Of a DNA stretch of 64,000 nucleotides, positions 1 to 21,234 are shown piece after piece (the stretch's first letter is position 1; each line of letters opens with the position of its first letter). A program made the translations under genes and the position numbers. The notes below the pieces were generated by a model. The model was not told the origin of the DNA. It saw nothing but the letters and a program-made list of their open reading frames with translations, and did no database searches. Source of the DNA: the human T2T-CHM13v2.0 reference genome, Homo sapiens; assembly GCF_009914755.1 (NCBI RefSeq), contig NC_060939.1. One strand, written 5' to 3'.

Positions 1-90
1 CGAGGTGGAGGTTGCAGTGAGCTGAGATCACGCCACTGCACTCCAGCCTGGGTGACAGAGTGAGACTCTGTCCTAAAATAATAATAAAAA
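1..90 (+). mobile_element. Alu 3' end
   Basis: Right-arm end plus A-tail. Confidence 0.95.
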
Positions 91-690
91 TGTCCCACTT
101 CCCATTTTCTAGTCTCTCTCTGTTATTGTCAACCCTTTATCTGCAGATGCTTCGACACAGCTATTTTTTCTACAATGAAGAAGAAGCTAATACTATCCTG
201 ACATTCTGAAAAAAGAATAATCTCAAAATATACAAACTTTTCTCATAGCTTAAAAGATAACATGAAAAAAATATGTCTCTTCAAGTGACTTTTTGAAATA
301 TGTTCACTGGGTATCATATTTTCACATCTTTAACAGTACCTAGCCACCTAACCTACAGAAGTGGAAGCATGGGACCTTCCGACATTCTCTTGCTCCTTGC
401 AGCCCTCAACCTACAAGGAGTGAGTAGTGGGATGGGGAACTTCTATAAAGGCCCCTCAGAACTGGGCACAAACAGGACCAAAGGACCAAAATGGTACTAA
501 AAGGCTGGAGGTAGAGCCAGAGACAGGAGATGCAAACAGAGGTGCCATGTCCAGGATGCAGGAGAGTCCCAGCAGGCATGGAAATGGACTTCACAATGTG
601 GGAGGTTAGACATAAAACCCCATGAGAACCTTCCTAGGGGGCAAGTCAAGAAGCAGAATCAGAGGCCTGTGATCTCCACACTCTGTTTCT

Positions 691-1660
<970 letters not shown>

Positions 1661-1898
1661 AGACACACCCTGTTTCTTGTATGAGTTCTGTATTTTTGTG
1701 TGCCACACAAGGTTGCTTTGCATTTGGTAGTACCAGAGGTTTAGGTTGGCACCCCCTCAGATGATGACTGAACAGCTCATTGGCACAGAAACCTGGGTGG
1801 TACTCTGGGAAGGATGCCAATGGACACTCAAACAATACTCCTGCTGATTTTTTTCAGCCTACTTGCCTGACACTTAACAGTCAGCAGCCCCACTTGAC

Positions 1899-2140
1899 CA
1901 GTGTAATGGTTAAAAGCAAGGAGCCACTTTTATGGGTTTGAATCCTGACTCTGCCACTTAACAAGTTGCATGATCTTGGGCAGGTTACTTAATCACTCTG
2001 TTTCCCTATATGCAAAACGGGGATAATAATAGCACCTATTCCACAGTGGTGTGGAGATTGCATAAGTTAATACAAGCGAAGATCCTACAAGGCCTGAAAC
2101 ATAGTAAGCACTCAATAAATATAAATACTAGATATTATTG
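1899..2140 (+). mobile_element. MIR
   Basis: GGGTTTGAATCCTGACTCTGCCACTTA...GGGGATAATAATAGCACCT...AGTAAGCACTCAATAAAT. Confidence 0.85.
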
Positions 2141-2299
2141 TTGTTTCCACTCTTTTGGAACCTTCCACCTAATTTTTCCTGCCTCCCCAGGATCCTCCAA
2201 ATTCCTTACTCACATTTCTTTACCACTGTAGACCAAAAGTCCTTATTCTCTCATGTTACCTTACAGTAGCCCTCGAGTTCCTGACAGAAGAGCCTGATT

Positions 2300-3745
<1,446 letters not shown>

Positions 3746-4579
3746 AACAACCAGCCCATTTGTTTAGCAACAAAAAAATTAGTTCTGCATGCCCCGGGGT
3801 GGCAGGGAACAAGATAGCTAGAGGCCAGAGAGGGAGTCAGTTGACTCTTTCTTAAATAGACTTTACTTTTTAGTAGTTTAGGTTCTCAGCGAAATTGAAC
3901 AGAAGGTACGGAATTTACCATTCACTTCCTGTTTTTATATCCTCACAGCCTTTCCCACTAACAACATCCCACTCCAGGATGATACATTTGTTACATTTGA
4001 TGAACCTACATTGACACATTATTATCACCCAAAGTCTAAATTCACTTTTGGTGCTGAACATTCTATGAGTCTGGACAAATGTATAATAACATGCACCCAT
4101 CATTATAATATTATACAGAATAGTTTCATTACCATAAAAATCCTCTGTGCTCTGCCTGTTCATCCCTCCCTACTCCCTAACCCCTGGCAAACACTGACCT
4201 CTTTACTGGCTCCATAGTTTTCCCTTTCTAGAATGTCATATAGTTGGAATGATACAGTCTGTGGCCTTTTCAGATTGGTTCCTTCCACTTAGTAATATTT
4301 AGCATCCCTTCTTATCTTTTTATGGCTTGATAAATCATTTATCTTTATTACTAAATAACGTCATTTTTTCTAGATGTATCACAGTTTATTTATCCATTCA
4401 TCTATTAAAGGGCATCTTGATTGCTTCCAAGTTTTGGCAATTATTAATAAAGCTGCTACGAACATTCATGTGCAGGTTTTTGTGTGGACAAAGTTTTTAA
4501 CCATTTGGGCAAATTAGGAGCATGATTGCCGAATCATATGATAAGTCTATGTTGTGCTGTGTAAGAAATTGCCAAGCTT

Positions 4580-4662
4580 GGCTGGGCATGGTGGCTCATG
4601 CCTGTAATCCCAGCACTTTTGGAGGTCGAGATGGGCAGATCACCTGAGGGCAGGAGTTCGAC
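4580..4662 (+). mobile_element. Alu 5' fragment
   Basis: First ~80 bp only. Confidence 0.9.
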
Positions 4663-4902
4663 CTCACCTCACCAAAGAAGATATACAGGTGGCAAATAAA
4701 TATATAAAAAGATGCTCACATCTGTCATAAGGGAATTACCAATTAAAACAACGAGATACCACTACACACCTATTAGAATGGCTCCAATCCAAAACACAGA
4801 CAACACCAAATGCTGGCGAGAATATGGAGCATCAGGAGCTCTCACTCATTACTAATGGGAATACAAAATGGTACAGCCACTTTTGGAAGAGAGCTCAGCA
4901 AC

Positions 4903-5841
<939 letters not shown>

Positions 5842-6537
5842 TTACGAGTTCTTTGTATATTTTGGATAACAACAGTTTATCAACTATGTCTTTTGCAAAT
5901 ATTTTCTTGCATCCTTGGCTTGTCTTCTCATTCTGTTAACAGGGTCTTTCACAGAACAGAACTTTTAAAATTTTAATGAATCCCAGCTTATCAATTATTT
6001 ATTTCATGGGTTGTGCCTTTGGTGTTTTATGTAAAAAAGTCTTCACCATAACTAATACCCAATACCCAATGTCACACAGATTTTCTCTTGTTGTCTTCTA
6101 GGAGTTCTATGATTTTGCATTTTACATTTGGGCCTATAATCCATTTTGAGTTAATTTTTGTGAAACATGTAAGATCTTTGCCTAGATGTTTTTTCAAGTG
6201 TTTGGCCAGTTCTTCAGCGCAATTTGTTGAAAACAATATCTTTGCTTCATTGTATTGCTTTGTCGCTTTGTCAAAGGTCAGTTGACTGTATTTATTTGGC
6301 TCTATTTCTGGGCTCTATTCTGTTCCATTGACATATTTGTCTATTCTTTCACCAATACCATACTGTCTTGATTAGTGTAGCTTTAATAATTAGTCTTGAA
6401 GTTGGGTAATGTCAGTCTTCCAACTATGTTCTCCTCCTTCAATATTGTGTTGGCTATCCTGTCTCTTGCCTCTCCATATAAATTTTAGAATCAGTTTGGC
6501 AATATGCAGAAAATAACTTGCTGGGATATTGGTTGGG

Positions 6538-6944
6538 TGTACTTGGCCATTCTTGCTTTGGTGTAAAGGAATACCTCAGACTGAGTAATTTATGAAGAAA
6601 AGAGGTTTAATTGGCTCACAGTTCTGCAGGCTATAAAAGCATGGCACCAACATCTGCTTGGCTTCTGGTGAGGACTTCAGGAAGCTTACAATCATGGCAT
6701 AAGGCGAAGTGGGAGCAGGCATGTAACATGACTAGAGTAACAGCAAGTGAGCCAGTGGGGGAGGGCCTAGATTTTTAAACAACCAGATCTTGAGCAAGAA
6801 TTCAATTCTCACCAATGGGAAAGTGATAAAACATTCTTGAGACATCCGCCCCCACAATCCAATCACCTCCCAGGCCCCACCTCCAACACTGGGAATAGTA
6901 TTTTAGCATGAGATTTAAAGGAGACAAACATCCAACTTATACCA
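6538..6944 (+). mobile_element. MSTA/MSTB MaLR solo LTR
   Basis: TGT...CA ends; 5-bp TSD TTGGG at 6533-6537 and 6945-6949; typical AAGAGGTTTAATTGGCTCACAGTTCTGCAGGCT. Confidence 0.9.
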
Positions 6945-7304
6945 TTGGGATTGCATTGAAATTATAGATCAAGTTAGCAAGAACCAATATATTGACAATA
7001 TCGGATCTTCCTATGAATGACTATGGAATATATCTCCATTTTATTTAGTTATTTGATTTCTTTCAGCAGAGTTTTATAGTTTTTCTCACATAAATCTTGT
7101 GCATATTTTGTTAGATTTACACTTATTTCATTTTTTGAGGTGCTAATGTAAATGATATTGTGTTTTTAATTTCAAATTCTAATAGTTCATTGCTGGTATA
7201 TAGGAAAGTGATTGACTTTTTTGTATTAACCTTATATCCTGCAAAGCTGCTATAAGCACTTATTAGCTCCGGGGTTTTTTTTTTAATCTATTCTTTCGGA
7301 TTTT

Positions 7305-7637
<333 letters not shown>

Positions 7638-7744
7638 TAAACAATCATATCATCTGAGAGCAAAGACAGTTTAATATTCCTTCTTAATCAGTACATATTT
7701 TCTTTTCTGGTCTTATTACATTATTAGATCTTCCAGTATGACAC

Positions 7745-9237
7745 TGAGAGGTGACAGTGTGCTGGCAGTCCTCACAGCCCTCGCTCGCTCTGGGCGCCTC
7801 CTCTGCCTGGGCTCCCACTTTGGCGGCACTTGAGGAGCGCTTCAGCCCGCCGCTGCACTGTGGGAGCCCCTTTCTGGGCTGGCCAAGGCCGGAGCCGGCT
7901 CCCTCAGCTTGTGAGGAGGTGTGGAAGGAGAGGCAGGGGGGGTACCGAGGCTGCGCGCTGTGCTTGCGGGCCAGCGTGAGTTCCGGGTGGGCGTGTGCTG
8001 GGCAGACCCCGCACTCCGAGCGGCCTGCGGGCCCCACTGGCCCTGGGCAGTGAGGGGCTTAGCACCTGGGCCAGCAGCTGCTGTGCTCAATTTCGCTCCC
8101 GGCCTTAGCTGCCTTCCGGCGGGGCAGGGTTTGGGACCTGTCGCCTGCCATGCCTGAGCCTGCCCGCCCTCCGTGGGCTCCTGTGCGGCCCGAGCCTCCC
8201 CGACGAGCGCCGCCCCCTGCTCCAGGGCACCCAGTCCCATTGACCACCCAAGGGCTGAGGAGTGCGGGCGCATGGCGGGGGACTGGCAGGCAGCTCCACC
8301 TGCAGCCCCAGTGCGGGATCCACTGGGTGAAGCCAGCTGGGCTCCTGAGTCTGGTGGGGACATGGAGAACCTTTATGTCTAGCTCAGGGTTTGTGAATGC
8401 ACCAATCGACACTCTGTATCTAGCTACTCTGGTGGGGCCTTGGAGAACCTTTATGTCTAGTTCAGGGATTGTAAATATACCAGTCGGCACTCTGTATCTA
8501 GCTCAAGGTTTGTAAACACAGCAATCAGCACCCTGTGTCTAGCTCAGGGTTTGTGAATACACCAATCGACACTCTGTATCTAGCTACTACCAGGGGACTT
8601 GGAAAACCTTTGTGTGGACACTGTATCTAGCTAATCTGGTGGGGACGTGGAGCACCTCTGTGTCTAGCTCAGGGATTGTAAACGCACCAATCAGCGCCCT
8701 GTCAAAACAGACCACTGGGCTCTACCAATCAGCAGGATGTGGGTGGGGCCAGATAAGAGAATAAAAGCAGGCTGCCAGAGCCAGCAGTAGCAACCCGCTA
8801 GGGTCTTTTTCCACACCGTGGAAGCTTTGTTCTTTTGCTTTTTGCAATAAATCTTACTGCTGGTCACTCTTTGGGTCCACACTGCCTTTATGAGCTGTAA
8901 CACTCACCGCGAAGGTCTGCAGCTTCACTCCTGAAGCCAGTGAGACCACGAGCCCACTGGGAGGAATGAACAACTCCAGAAACGCCGCCTTAAGAGCTGT
9001 AACACTCACCATGAAGGTCTGCAGCTTCACTCCTGAGCCAGCGAGACCACGAACCCACCAGAAGGAAGAAACTCCGAACACATCTGAACATCAGAAGGAA
9101 CAAACTCCGGACACGCTGCCTTTAAGAACTGTAACACTCACTGTGAGGGTCCACGGCTTCATTCTTGAAGTCAGTGAGACCAAGAACCTACCAATTCTGG
9201 ACACAGTGAGACCAAGAACCCACCAATTCCGGACACA
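7745..9237 (+). mobile_element. Solo LTR12C (HERV9/ERV9 LTR)
   Basis: Starts TGAGAGGTGACAG..., ends ...CCAATTCCGGACACA; 4-bp TSD ACAC at 7741-7744 and 9238-9241; CpG-rich U3, tandem CCAAT enhancer repeats, U5 repeats. Confidence 0.95.
8370..8790 (+). promoter_or_regulatory. ERV9 LTR enhancer repeats and core promoter
   Basis: CCAAT at ~8402, 8562, 8687 and 8725; GT box 8741-8748; AGATAA 8751-8756; TATA-like AATAAAA 8760-8766; poly(A) signal further on at 8846-8851. Confidence 0.8.
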
Positions 9238-9482
9238 ACACTGAAAAAGAGAAGTGAAAGAGGACACCCTTACCTTGTTTCTGAGCTGAGAAAGCTTCTT
9301 GTTTCTCACCATTAATAGGTGTTAGCTATAGGGTTTTGTTAATGTTCTTTATCAAATAGAGGAAGTTCTCTTCTAGTCCTAGTTTGGTGAGAGTTTTTAT
9401 CATAAATGGGTATCGGACTTAGTCAATTTTTTTTTGTATCTATTGATGTAATCTTGTGATTTTTCTTTCTCTGTTGATGTGA

Positions 9483-10167
<685 letters not shown>

Positions 10168-10405
10168 CTGGTTATGGCATACAATTCTTTTTACACATTG
10201 TCGTATTTGATTTGTTAATATGGTGTTGAGTATTTTTGCATTAATATTCATGAGAAATATTGGTCTGTAGTTTTCTTTTCTTTGTCTTGTTTTGATATTA
10301 AGGTAATATTGACCTCACAGAATGAGCTAGGAAGTATTCCCTCTGCTTCTATCTTCTGAAAGAGATTAGAGAGTCAGAATAATTTCTTCCTTAAATATTT
10401 GATAG

Positions 10406-10760
<355 letters not shown>

Positions 10761-11070
10761 GATTCAAGTTCTTTAATAGATATTGGCCCATTCAGATTGT
10801 CTGTTTCTCTTCATATGTTTTGGCAGATTGTATCTTTCAAGGAATTTGCCCATTTCATCTAGTTTGTCAAATGCCTGGGCATAGTTGTTCATAATATTCC
10901 TTTCTTAACCTCTTAATGTTCATGGGATATGTAATTATTAATATCAGAAGTGAAAGAGGTATCTTTCACTTCTGATATTAATAATTTGTCAACTCTTTTT
11001 TTTTTTAGCCTGGTTAGAGGCTTATTGATTTTATTGATCTTTTCAAAGAACAGACTTTTAATTTTGATGA

Positions 11071-11486
<416 letters not shown>

Positions 11487-11778
11487 TTTCTTTTTGTTTT
11501 TTTTTCGGACTATTTTCTCTTTGCTTTTTCATTTCAGAAGTTTCTATTGACATATCTTTAAGCTGAGAGAGTCTTTCCTCAGCCTTATGCACATTACTAA
11601 TGAGCCCGTCAAAGGCATTCTTTATTTCTGTTACAATGTTTTTGATCTCTAGCATTTACTTTTTATTCTTTCTTAGAATTTCCATCTCTCTGCATTGCCC
11701 ATCTGTTCTTGCATGCTTTCTACTTTATCCATTAGATCCCTTAGCATATTCATCATAGTTCTCTTAAATTCCTGGTCT

Positions 11779-12075
11779 GGGCTGGGCGCAGTGGCTGTAA
11801 TCCCAGCACTTTGGGAGGCCGAGGTGGGCGGATCACGAGGTCAGGAGTTTGAGACCAGCCTGGCCAACATAGTGAAACCCTATCTGTACTAAAAATACAG
11901 AAATTAGCCGGGTGTGCTGGTGCATGCCTGTAGTCCCAGCTACTCAGGAGGCTGAAGCAGGAGAATCGCTTGAACCCGGGAGGCAGAGGTGGCAGTGAGC
12001 CAAGATTGCACACCAGCCCGGGTGACAGTGTGAGACTCCATCTCAAAAAATAAAATAAAATAAAATAAAAATAAA
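11779..12075 (+). mobile_element. AluS
   Basis: TSD TAAATTC(C/A)TGGTCTG. Confidence 0.95.
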
Positions 12076-12523
12076 TTCATGGTCTGATATTTCCAGTGTC
12101 CCTGCATATCTGAGTCTGGTTCTGATGCTTGCTCTGTCTCTGCAAACTGTGTTTTTGCCTTTTAGTATGCCTTGTAGAAGAAACTGAGATAAATAAGCCT
12201 TTAGTGATGTGGTGGCAAGGTGTGGCATGAGGGGAAGGGAAGCATTATATAGTCCTATGACTGGATCTCGGTCTTTTAGTGAGCCTGTGCCTCTGGACTG
12301 TGAACTTCACAAGTACTTCTCAGGTTTTTTCCCCCGCCACCTAGGTGAGACATGGTGGCTATAGTGGGTTGAGGTTGGGTATTTTTCTTCTATCAGATAG
12401 AAGGCTAAAGAGGGCTGGAGTTGGGCATTTTTCTCTCCCCTGATTGGCTAGGCTCTGATAAAACCCCAGACAATGGTGAAGTCGTTTCTCTGAGTGCAGG
12501 CCTTGTTAAGGATAACAGAAGGC

Positions 12524-12820
12524 AGCCAGGCACAGTGGCTCAAGTCTCCAATTCCAGCACTTTGAGAGGCCAAGGCAGGAGGATTGTTTCAGGCCAGGAG
12601 TTTGAGACCAGCCTGGCCAATATGGCAAGACCCCATCTCAACAAAAAACATTAGCTGAGTGTGGTGGTACACACCCATAGTCCCAGCTACTTGGGAGGCT
12701 AAGCAGGAGGATCCCTTGAGCCTGGGAGGTGGAGACTAGTGAGCCAGGATTATGCTGCTGTACTCCAGCCTGGGTGACAGAGTGAGACTTTTATTAAAAA
12801 AAAAAAAAAAAAAAAAAAAA
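12524..12820 (+). mobile_element. AluJ
   Basis: Diverged dimer with A-tail. Confidence 0.9.
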
Positions 12821-13425
12821 CGAGAGAGAGAGAATGACAGAATATTCTTATACATTTCAAAATGGTTTGTTTTCCCCTCTCCCTGCTAGAAGCACAAGGG
12901 GATTTTTCTCTGATAATCATTGTGAGAACCTGTTAGAACTCCTGGAGGTAAAACTCAAAAGTATGGCGGCCCCCCTGAATGAGTCTTCCTGGAATTAACT
13001 GTCAAACTTGCCACTCTGAGTCTCCAGCAATTCTTGAATTACAATTCAGATTTTCCTATCCTGGTACAGGTTCCTGTGGAAGTTTCTATTACAGTAAATT
13101 GTGATTCTCTGCATTTGCCTATCTCTCCAATTTTGGGGGCAGCAGTTTGCTATGTGACCTTACTTTTCTAACAGAACAAAAGAAGAGATGTTATTTTTTT
13201 TCAGTTTGTTCAGCTTTTTACTTGTTAGGACAGAGTGCTGACTTCCAAGTTCCATACGTGTCGGACTGGAAACCAGAAGTCAGGAGTCAGTTTTTTAAAA
13301 ACACAAGTGCTTCTTTTAAAAAAAAAAGATTGTCTTTATTTAGAAAGTGTATGATGATTGAAATGTTAAAGCTAGAAAGAATTTATAAATGGGGAAATTG
13401 AACTCTAGAAAGGTTGTAACTTACT

Positions 13426-14200
13426 TATCAGTCAAGGTCTTGGTGGGAAACAGATGGTATGCTTTATTTTATTTCATTTTTATTTATTTTTGAGACATGG
13501 TCTCATTTTGTCACCCAGGCTGGAGTGCAGTGGCGCAAACACAGCTCACTGCAGCCTGGAACTCCTGAGCTCAGGCAATCCTCCCACCTTAGCCTCATAA
13601 GTAACTGCAACTACAGGCACATGACACCATGCCCAGCTAATTTTTCTAATTTTTTGTAGAGATGGAGTCTCGCTATGTTTCCCAGGTCGGTCTCAGCCTC
13701 CTGGGCTCAAACAATCTGCCCACGTTGGCCTCCCAGAGTGCTGGGATTACAGGTGTGAGCTACTGTGCCCAGCCCTAGATGGTGTATTTTAACAGGGCAA
13801 TTTGAGAAGAGTTTAAAAAAGCAACTATGTATACAAAAGGTATGAGCATGGTTTAAGAAAACATATGAGGCACAAGTAGTGCTGTATGCCAGGGCCAGTA
13901 ACAGCCTGGAGCTATTACCCCCACTAAGGCTGAAGAGGCAAGGGTGAAGGACTAGTTATCAGAACACAGGAAGGGTATCAAGAGGAACAACTGTTAGAAG
14001 CTATGACCCCTAAAAGGATGCAGCCAACTCACAACAATATGGTAGGAAGGAAACCTCCCACCTTCCCATCTCCTGCCAATATTGTCCACTGACCAAGCCC
14101 AACCAGGAGATGAAGGGCAAAGGTGCCACTGATGCCACCCATCCAGGTTGGCCTCCTGGGACACAGAGCACAGCAAAGTGGAGAGTGGATCTTCATACTG
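13426..14200. mobile_element. Old ERVL-class LTR fragment (LTR33/LTR16-like), with an AluJ inserted
   Basis: Recalled similarity only; a related fragment lies at ~26613-26800. Confidence 0.4.
13465..13774 (-). mobile_element. AluJ
   Basis: Diverged dimer. Confidence 0.9.
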
Positions 14201-14829
14201 TGATATCCTTGTCTCCCAGAGAGGTATGCTTAAACCAGGATATTCTTGGCAATAAATAGCATTCAAAGTCCTTATTTTGGTCACCTCTGTTACTTTTAGA
14301 GAATACCTAATTTGTACTCCCTGGAGGAAGGATATCTTATTTAGTCCTGGAAAAGTTGTTCTACCCCCACCCGCCAAAAAGGGCAAATGATTTCTTCTAA
14401 GGAACATAAAGATAGGAAGGAAAAAGGAAAATTATGTCCAAACATTTATATGCTGTTACCCCACAGCTTTTTCCCCTCGGAAGCCCTCCATTCTGCTGAG
14501 GTGGCAGCAGAGGTAAGCTCGGGGTACAGGTCCCTGGTCCAAGTCTTTTCGTGTCAGGGGTCTAGCGGCAGGCAGGGAGGCCAATCAACAGGTGCTTTCC
14601 CACTTCTGCCAGCATCACTGAGACCCTTAGGAAGACAGTCTGGGCTCAGGAGCTGGGCCTGGAGCTCCTCCAGGACCTGCTTCTCTGGTAAGTGTACAGC
14701 TGCTGACACGAGAAACTTGGGCCATATGGACTAAGGATCCTACTCCCCACATGCCTTGCAGAGGCTGCTGCAAGCCCAGGTTTAAACAGTGATGCAATGT
14801 AGCCTCCACTCCTCCCTCCCAGCACTCCC

Positions 14830-15200
14830 ACATTCAACCATCACCAAGTCTTGTCAATTCCAATTTCAAATAAATTTCAAATTCATCCACTTTCCTTGAT
14901 CCCTCGTGCCCCAATCCCAGTCCACAGCTCTTTTGCACTTTCGCACTTGTCTTCCTGTTGTTCTTCCTGCTCCCATTTTGTCCCGTCTAGGCTTTCTCAT
15001 TACTTTAAGGAAGAATTTCAAAATCCTTAAGATGACCTTCAAAGCTTTACATGATCTAGTCCTGCCAGTCTCTCTGGAGCCATCTGATGTTCACTTTTTA
15101 CTCTTGATCTTTCAGCCATCCTAACCCTCTCTTCTCTCCTCTAACACAACCTCTTTCCTGCCTCAGGGCCTTTGCACATGTTATTCTCACTTAGCTCATG
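14830..15200 (+). mobile_element. L2 fragments
   Basis: CCTGCCTCAGGGCCTTTGCACATG and related L2 motifs. Confidence 0.6.
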
Positions 15201-15221
15201 CTTCAGGCTTTAGTTTAGTAG

Positions 15222-15560
<339 letters not shown>

Positions 15561-15605
15561 TAGTAACCTGTAATGTTTTTCTTCATATAATTTGTCATAT
15601 TTTAA

Positions 15606-16324
<719 letters not shown>

Positions 16325-16402
16325 TGATTTGCTCATCACAGAATTCTCTATTCCTAGAATTGTGCCTGGTGTTTAAGAGGCCTAAACAGACATTCTTTAA
16401 AT

Positions 16403-16932
16403 CAGGGGTTCCCAGCCTCCAGGTCATGGACTGGTACTGGTCCACCGTCTGTTAGGAACCAGGCCACACAGCAGGAGGTGATTGGCAGGCAAGCGAACAA
16501 GGCATCATCTGTATTTACAGCTGCTCTCCATCACTCGTATTCCCACCTGAGCTCTGCCTCCTGTCAGATCAGCGGCGGCATTAGATTCTCACGGGAGCAC
16601 AAACCCTATTGTGAACTGCACGTGCGACAAATCTAGATTTTGCTTATGAGAATCTAATGCCTGATGATCTGTCACTGTCTCCTGTCACCCCCAGATGGGA
16701 CCGTCTAGTTGCAGGAAAACAAGCTCAGGGGTCCCACTGAATCTACGTTATGGTGAGTTGTATAATTATTTCATTATATATTACAATGTAATAATAACAG
16801 AAACAAAGTGCACAATAAACGTAATGCACTTGAATCATCCTCAAACCATCCCCTGCACACACACACGCCATCCCTGGAAAAATTGTCTTCCACAAAACCA
16901 GTCCCTGGTGCCAAAATTGTTGGAGACCGCTG
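16403..16932 (+). mobile_element. MER1A hAT-Charlie DNA transposon
   Basis: CAGGGGT...ACCGCTG termini; 8-bp TSD CTTTAAAT at 16395-16402 and 16933-16940; ~530 bp. Confidence 0.9.
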
Positions 16933-16974
16933 CTTTAAATGGATGGAATTAATGAATAAAGGTGCACTTTACAA

Positions 16975-17762
<788 letters not shown>

Positions 17763-18231
17763 AGGGGCAAGACCCAGTACTTCATTCATACAAATGCCCC
17801 AGGGATTGGTCTTTCATACACACACACGTGCACACACAGACACAGACACACACATCCCTCCTAACCATGGGACTGCTGACTCAGAGAAAGAAGCCCCTGG
17901 GCAAGGGTTATTGAAAGAGGTATTCAAGTATGGTTCTCTACTTTCTTTCTAGGAACAGCATGAACACTTCATCCCTTTTGTTTCCTTTCTAACAGGGATA
18001 TTAGGAAGAGTAACTACCTCCCCAGCTGGAAGCTGGTATATCTCGCAGCAGGGCTGGGCTTCTATTTCAGAAAGAACACGGCCACTTTGCTGGAACCAGA
18101 GCAGTGGCACAATCCGAATCCTGGCGGAGGGCAACAAGTCAGCTTCATGCTCAGAATCTGCTTCTCTGAAGGCCTCTGAATTACCAGGAAGAATCTAAGT
18201 ACAAGCAGACATATTTCTCCCGGGCGTGGGG

Positions 18232-18715
18232 TGTGGGTCAGTGTTCTCAGTTGCAGACCACAGAATCTGCCCCAGCTAGTTTAAACAGAAAGGTATTTAT
18301 TACGTGTTAAAGACAGATCACAGAATCACTGGAGGCCCTAAAGAAATAGACACTAGAATGAACCTTCCGGAAGGACTCCCAAAACCACAACACAGAACTG
18401 TGCAGCCAAGGGACCTTCTGCTTCTGCATGATCAAGAAGCTTCAGAAGCAGGAAGCTGCCACCCCAGCCACCTCCAGGAAACTACCTCCCAAACCAGGAA
18501 ATCACTGGCAGCCTCCAGTTCCATACAGCCTCTACCACCATTGCTGCCACATTGCTCTCCCTACAAAATTCAACACCACATGCAGGTACATTTGGTTGGT
18601 TGAAAGTAATTGCCATTTTGTACAGTAGCTACAAGGGGGTATGGAAAATGCCATTTGTAGTCCTAGCCTCTCAATTAGAATGGATGTCAGTATACTAATC
18701 CATGTGTATACCACA
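18232..18715. mobile_element. MLT1 (MLT1N/M-like) LTR
   Basis: CAGTTGCAGACCACAGAA...AGTTTAAACAGAAAGG MLT1 terminus. Confidence 0.5.
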
Positions 18716-18941
18716 CATTGTTTGGTCCTTTCCCTGGGCCTGGTGTGTCCTTAGAGGATCAGAACATGTTTACTTTTTTTAAAAAAATTGTGAATTATTC
18801 AACAAAATTCTGTCCCTAAATCTCAGTGGCTATGGCTTGGCTGCCCATGGACCAACTTTCTAGATATTCAAGGCCAACCTGCCTAGATGTCTAAAGGTTA
18901 CTGTGCTCCTATCTCCTGCTGGCATACACCATGGCTTCTTA

Positions 18942-19852
<911 letters not shown>

Positions 19853-20049
19853 ATTGTCCAAACTTCAATGAGAGATTGGGATTTCGCAGTATTTTTATCT
19901 AGAACATAACATTTCCCAGTTAGAGTAACCAGTACTGTCTGCTACGCCAGTGCAGGAGGCTTAGCAACTGTTCTTGATTTTCTCTGTTCCCTGAGGCTTA
20001 TTAAATAGTTCTCATAACTGGGAAGAAACACAGGTGGGAAATACCTTGT

Positions 20050-20270
20050 TGGTTTAGATAAAGGCTTAGAATTTATAAGCAAGAGCCCTAAGTTCAGATT
20101 CTGACTCTCCCATAATTTATATGTGTAATTTTGGTCAAGTCATTTATCTTCATGAAATATACATTTTCTCATCCCTAAAATGGGCCTTTATGAAGTAGCA
20201 ACTACTTCATAAAGCTGTTGAGAAAAGCAAAAGAGATAATGTATCTAAAAATGTTATGTAAACTGAAAAA
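20050..20270 (+). mobile_element. MIR
   Basis: Degenerate MIR core (CAAGTCATTTATCTTC...CTCATCCCTAAAATGGG). Confidence 0.55.
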
Positions 20271-20718
20271 ATATTGTCCTGAGCTAGTAATCAGGCTCTA
20301 TCTCATGAACTAACTCTCATGAATTTTTTAGAGCTGTCTGGAGAACTGTGTTGAGAAGGATTCTGAGGGGTACATCCAGGTTTATTGGGAAAAAGTACTA
20401 TTGTTGGGTAAAAATGCCTGCTGTGATTACCAGGGTTTGTTGGCATTGGAAGGGCACTGGTAAAGACGGTGTCACATATTTGACATTACCACTCTAGATA
20501 AGCAGGTGTTGTAATTAGCATCATAATGACAGAAGTCATCTGGAGCAGCCCTAAGAAGACAAAGAAGCAGCAGCAGCATTCAAGAAGCGGAATATCAGCT
20601 AAAAGAGAATGTAGCCTAAAGAAACAAATGACTTATTTTGCTGGATGAGGAGTTGGTTTCCCAAACAGCAAACTCCAAGCTGAGCCTTGGTGGGTTAGGA
20701 ATAGAGCTGAACATTTAG

Positions 20719-21225
<507 letters not shown>

Positions 21226-21234
21226 TGAGACCAA

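Noticed and set aside
440-455. TATAAA box
   Set aside because: Isolated hexamer with no supporting promoter or exon structure
8370-8700. Regularly spaced repeats resembling a CRISPR array
   Set aside because: Known ERV9 LTR tandem enhancer repeats; no unique spacers, no cas genes, eukaryotic DNA
7684-9312. Cluster of ORFs up to 173 aa
   Set aside because: Chance frames in the GC-rich LTR12C; a solo LTR has no gag/pol/env
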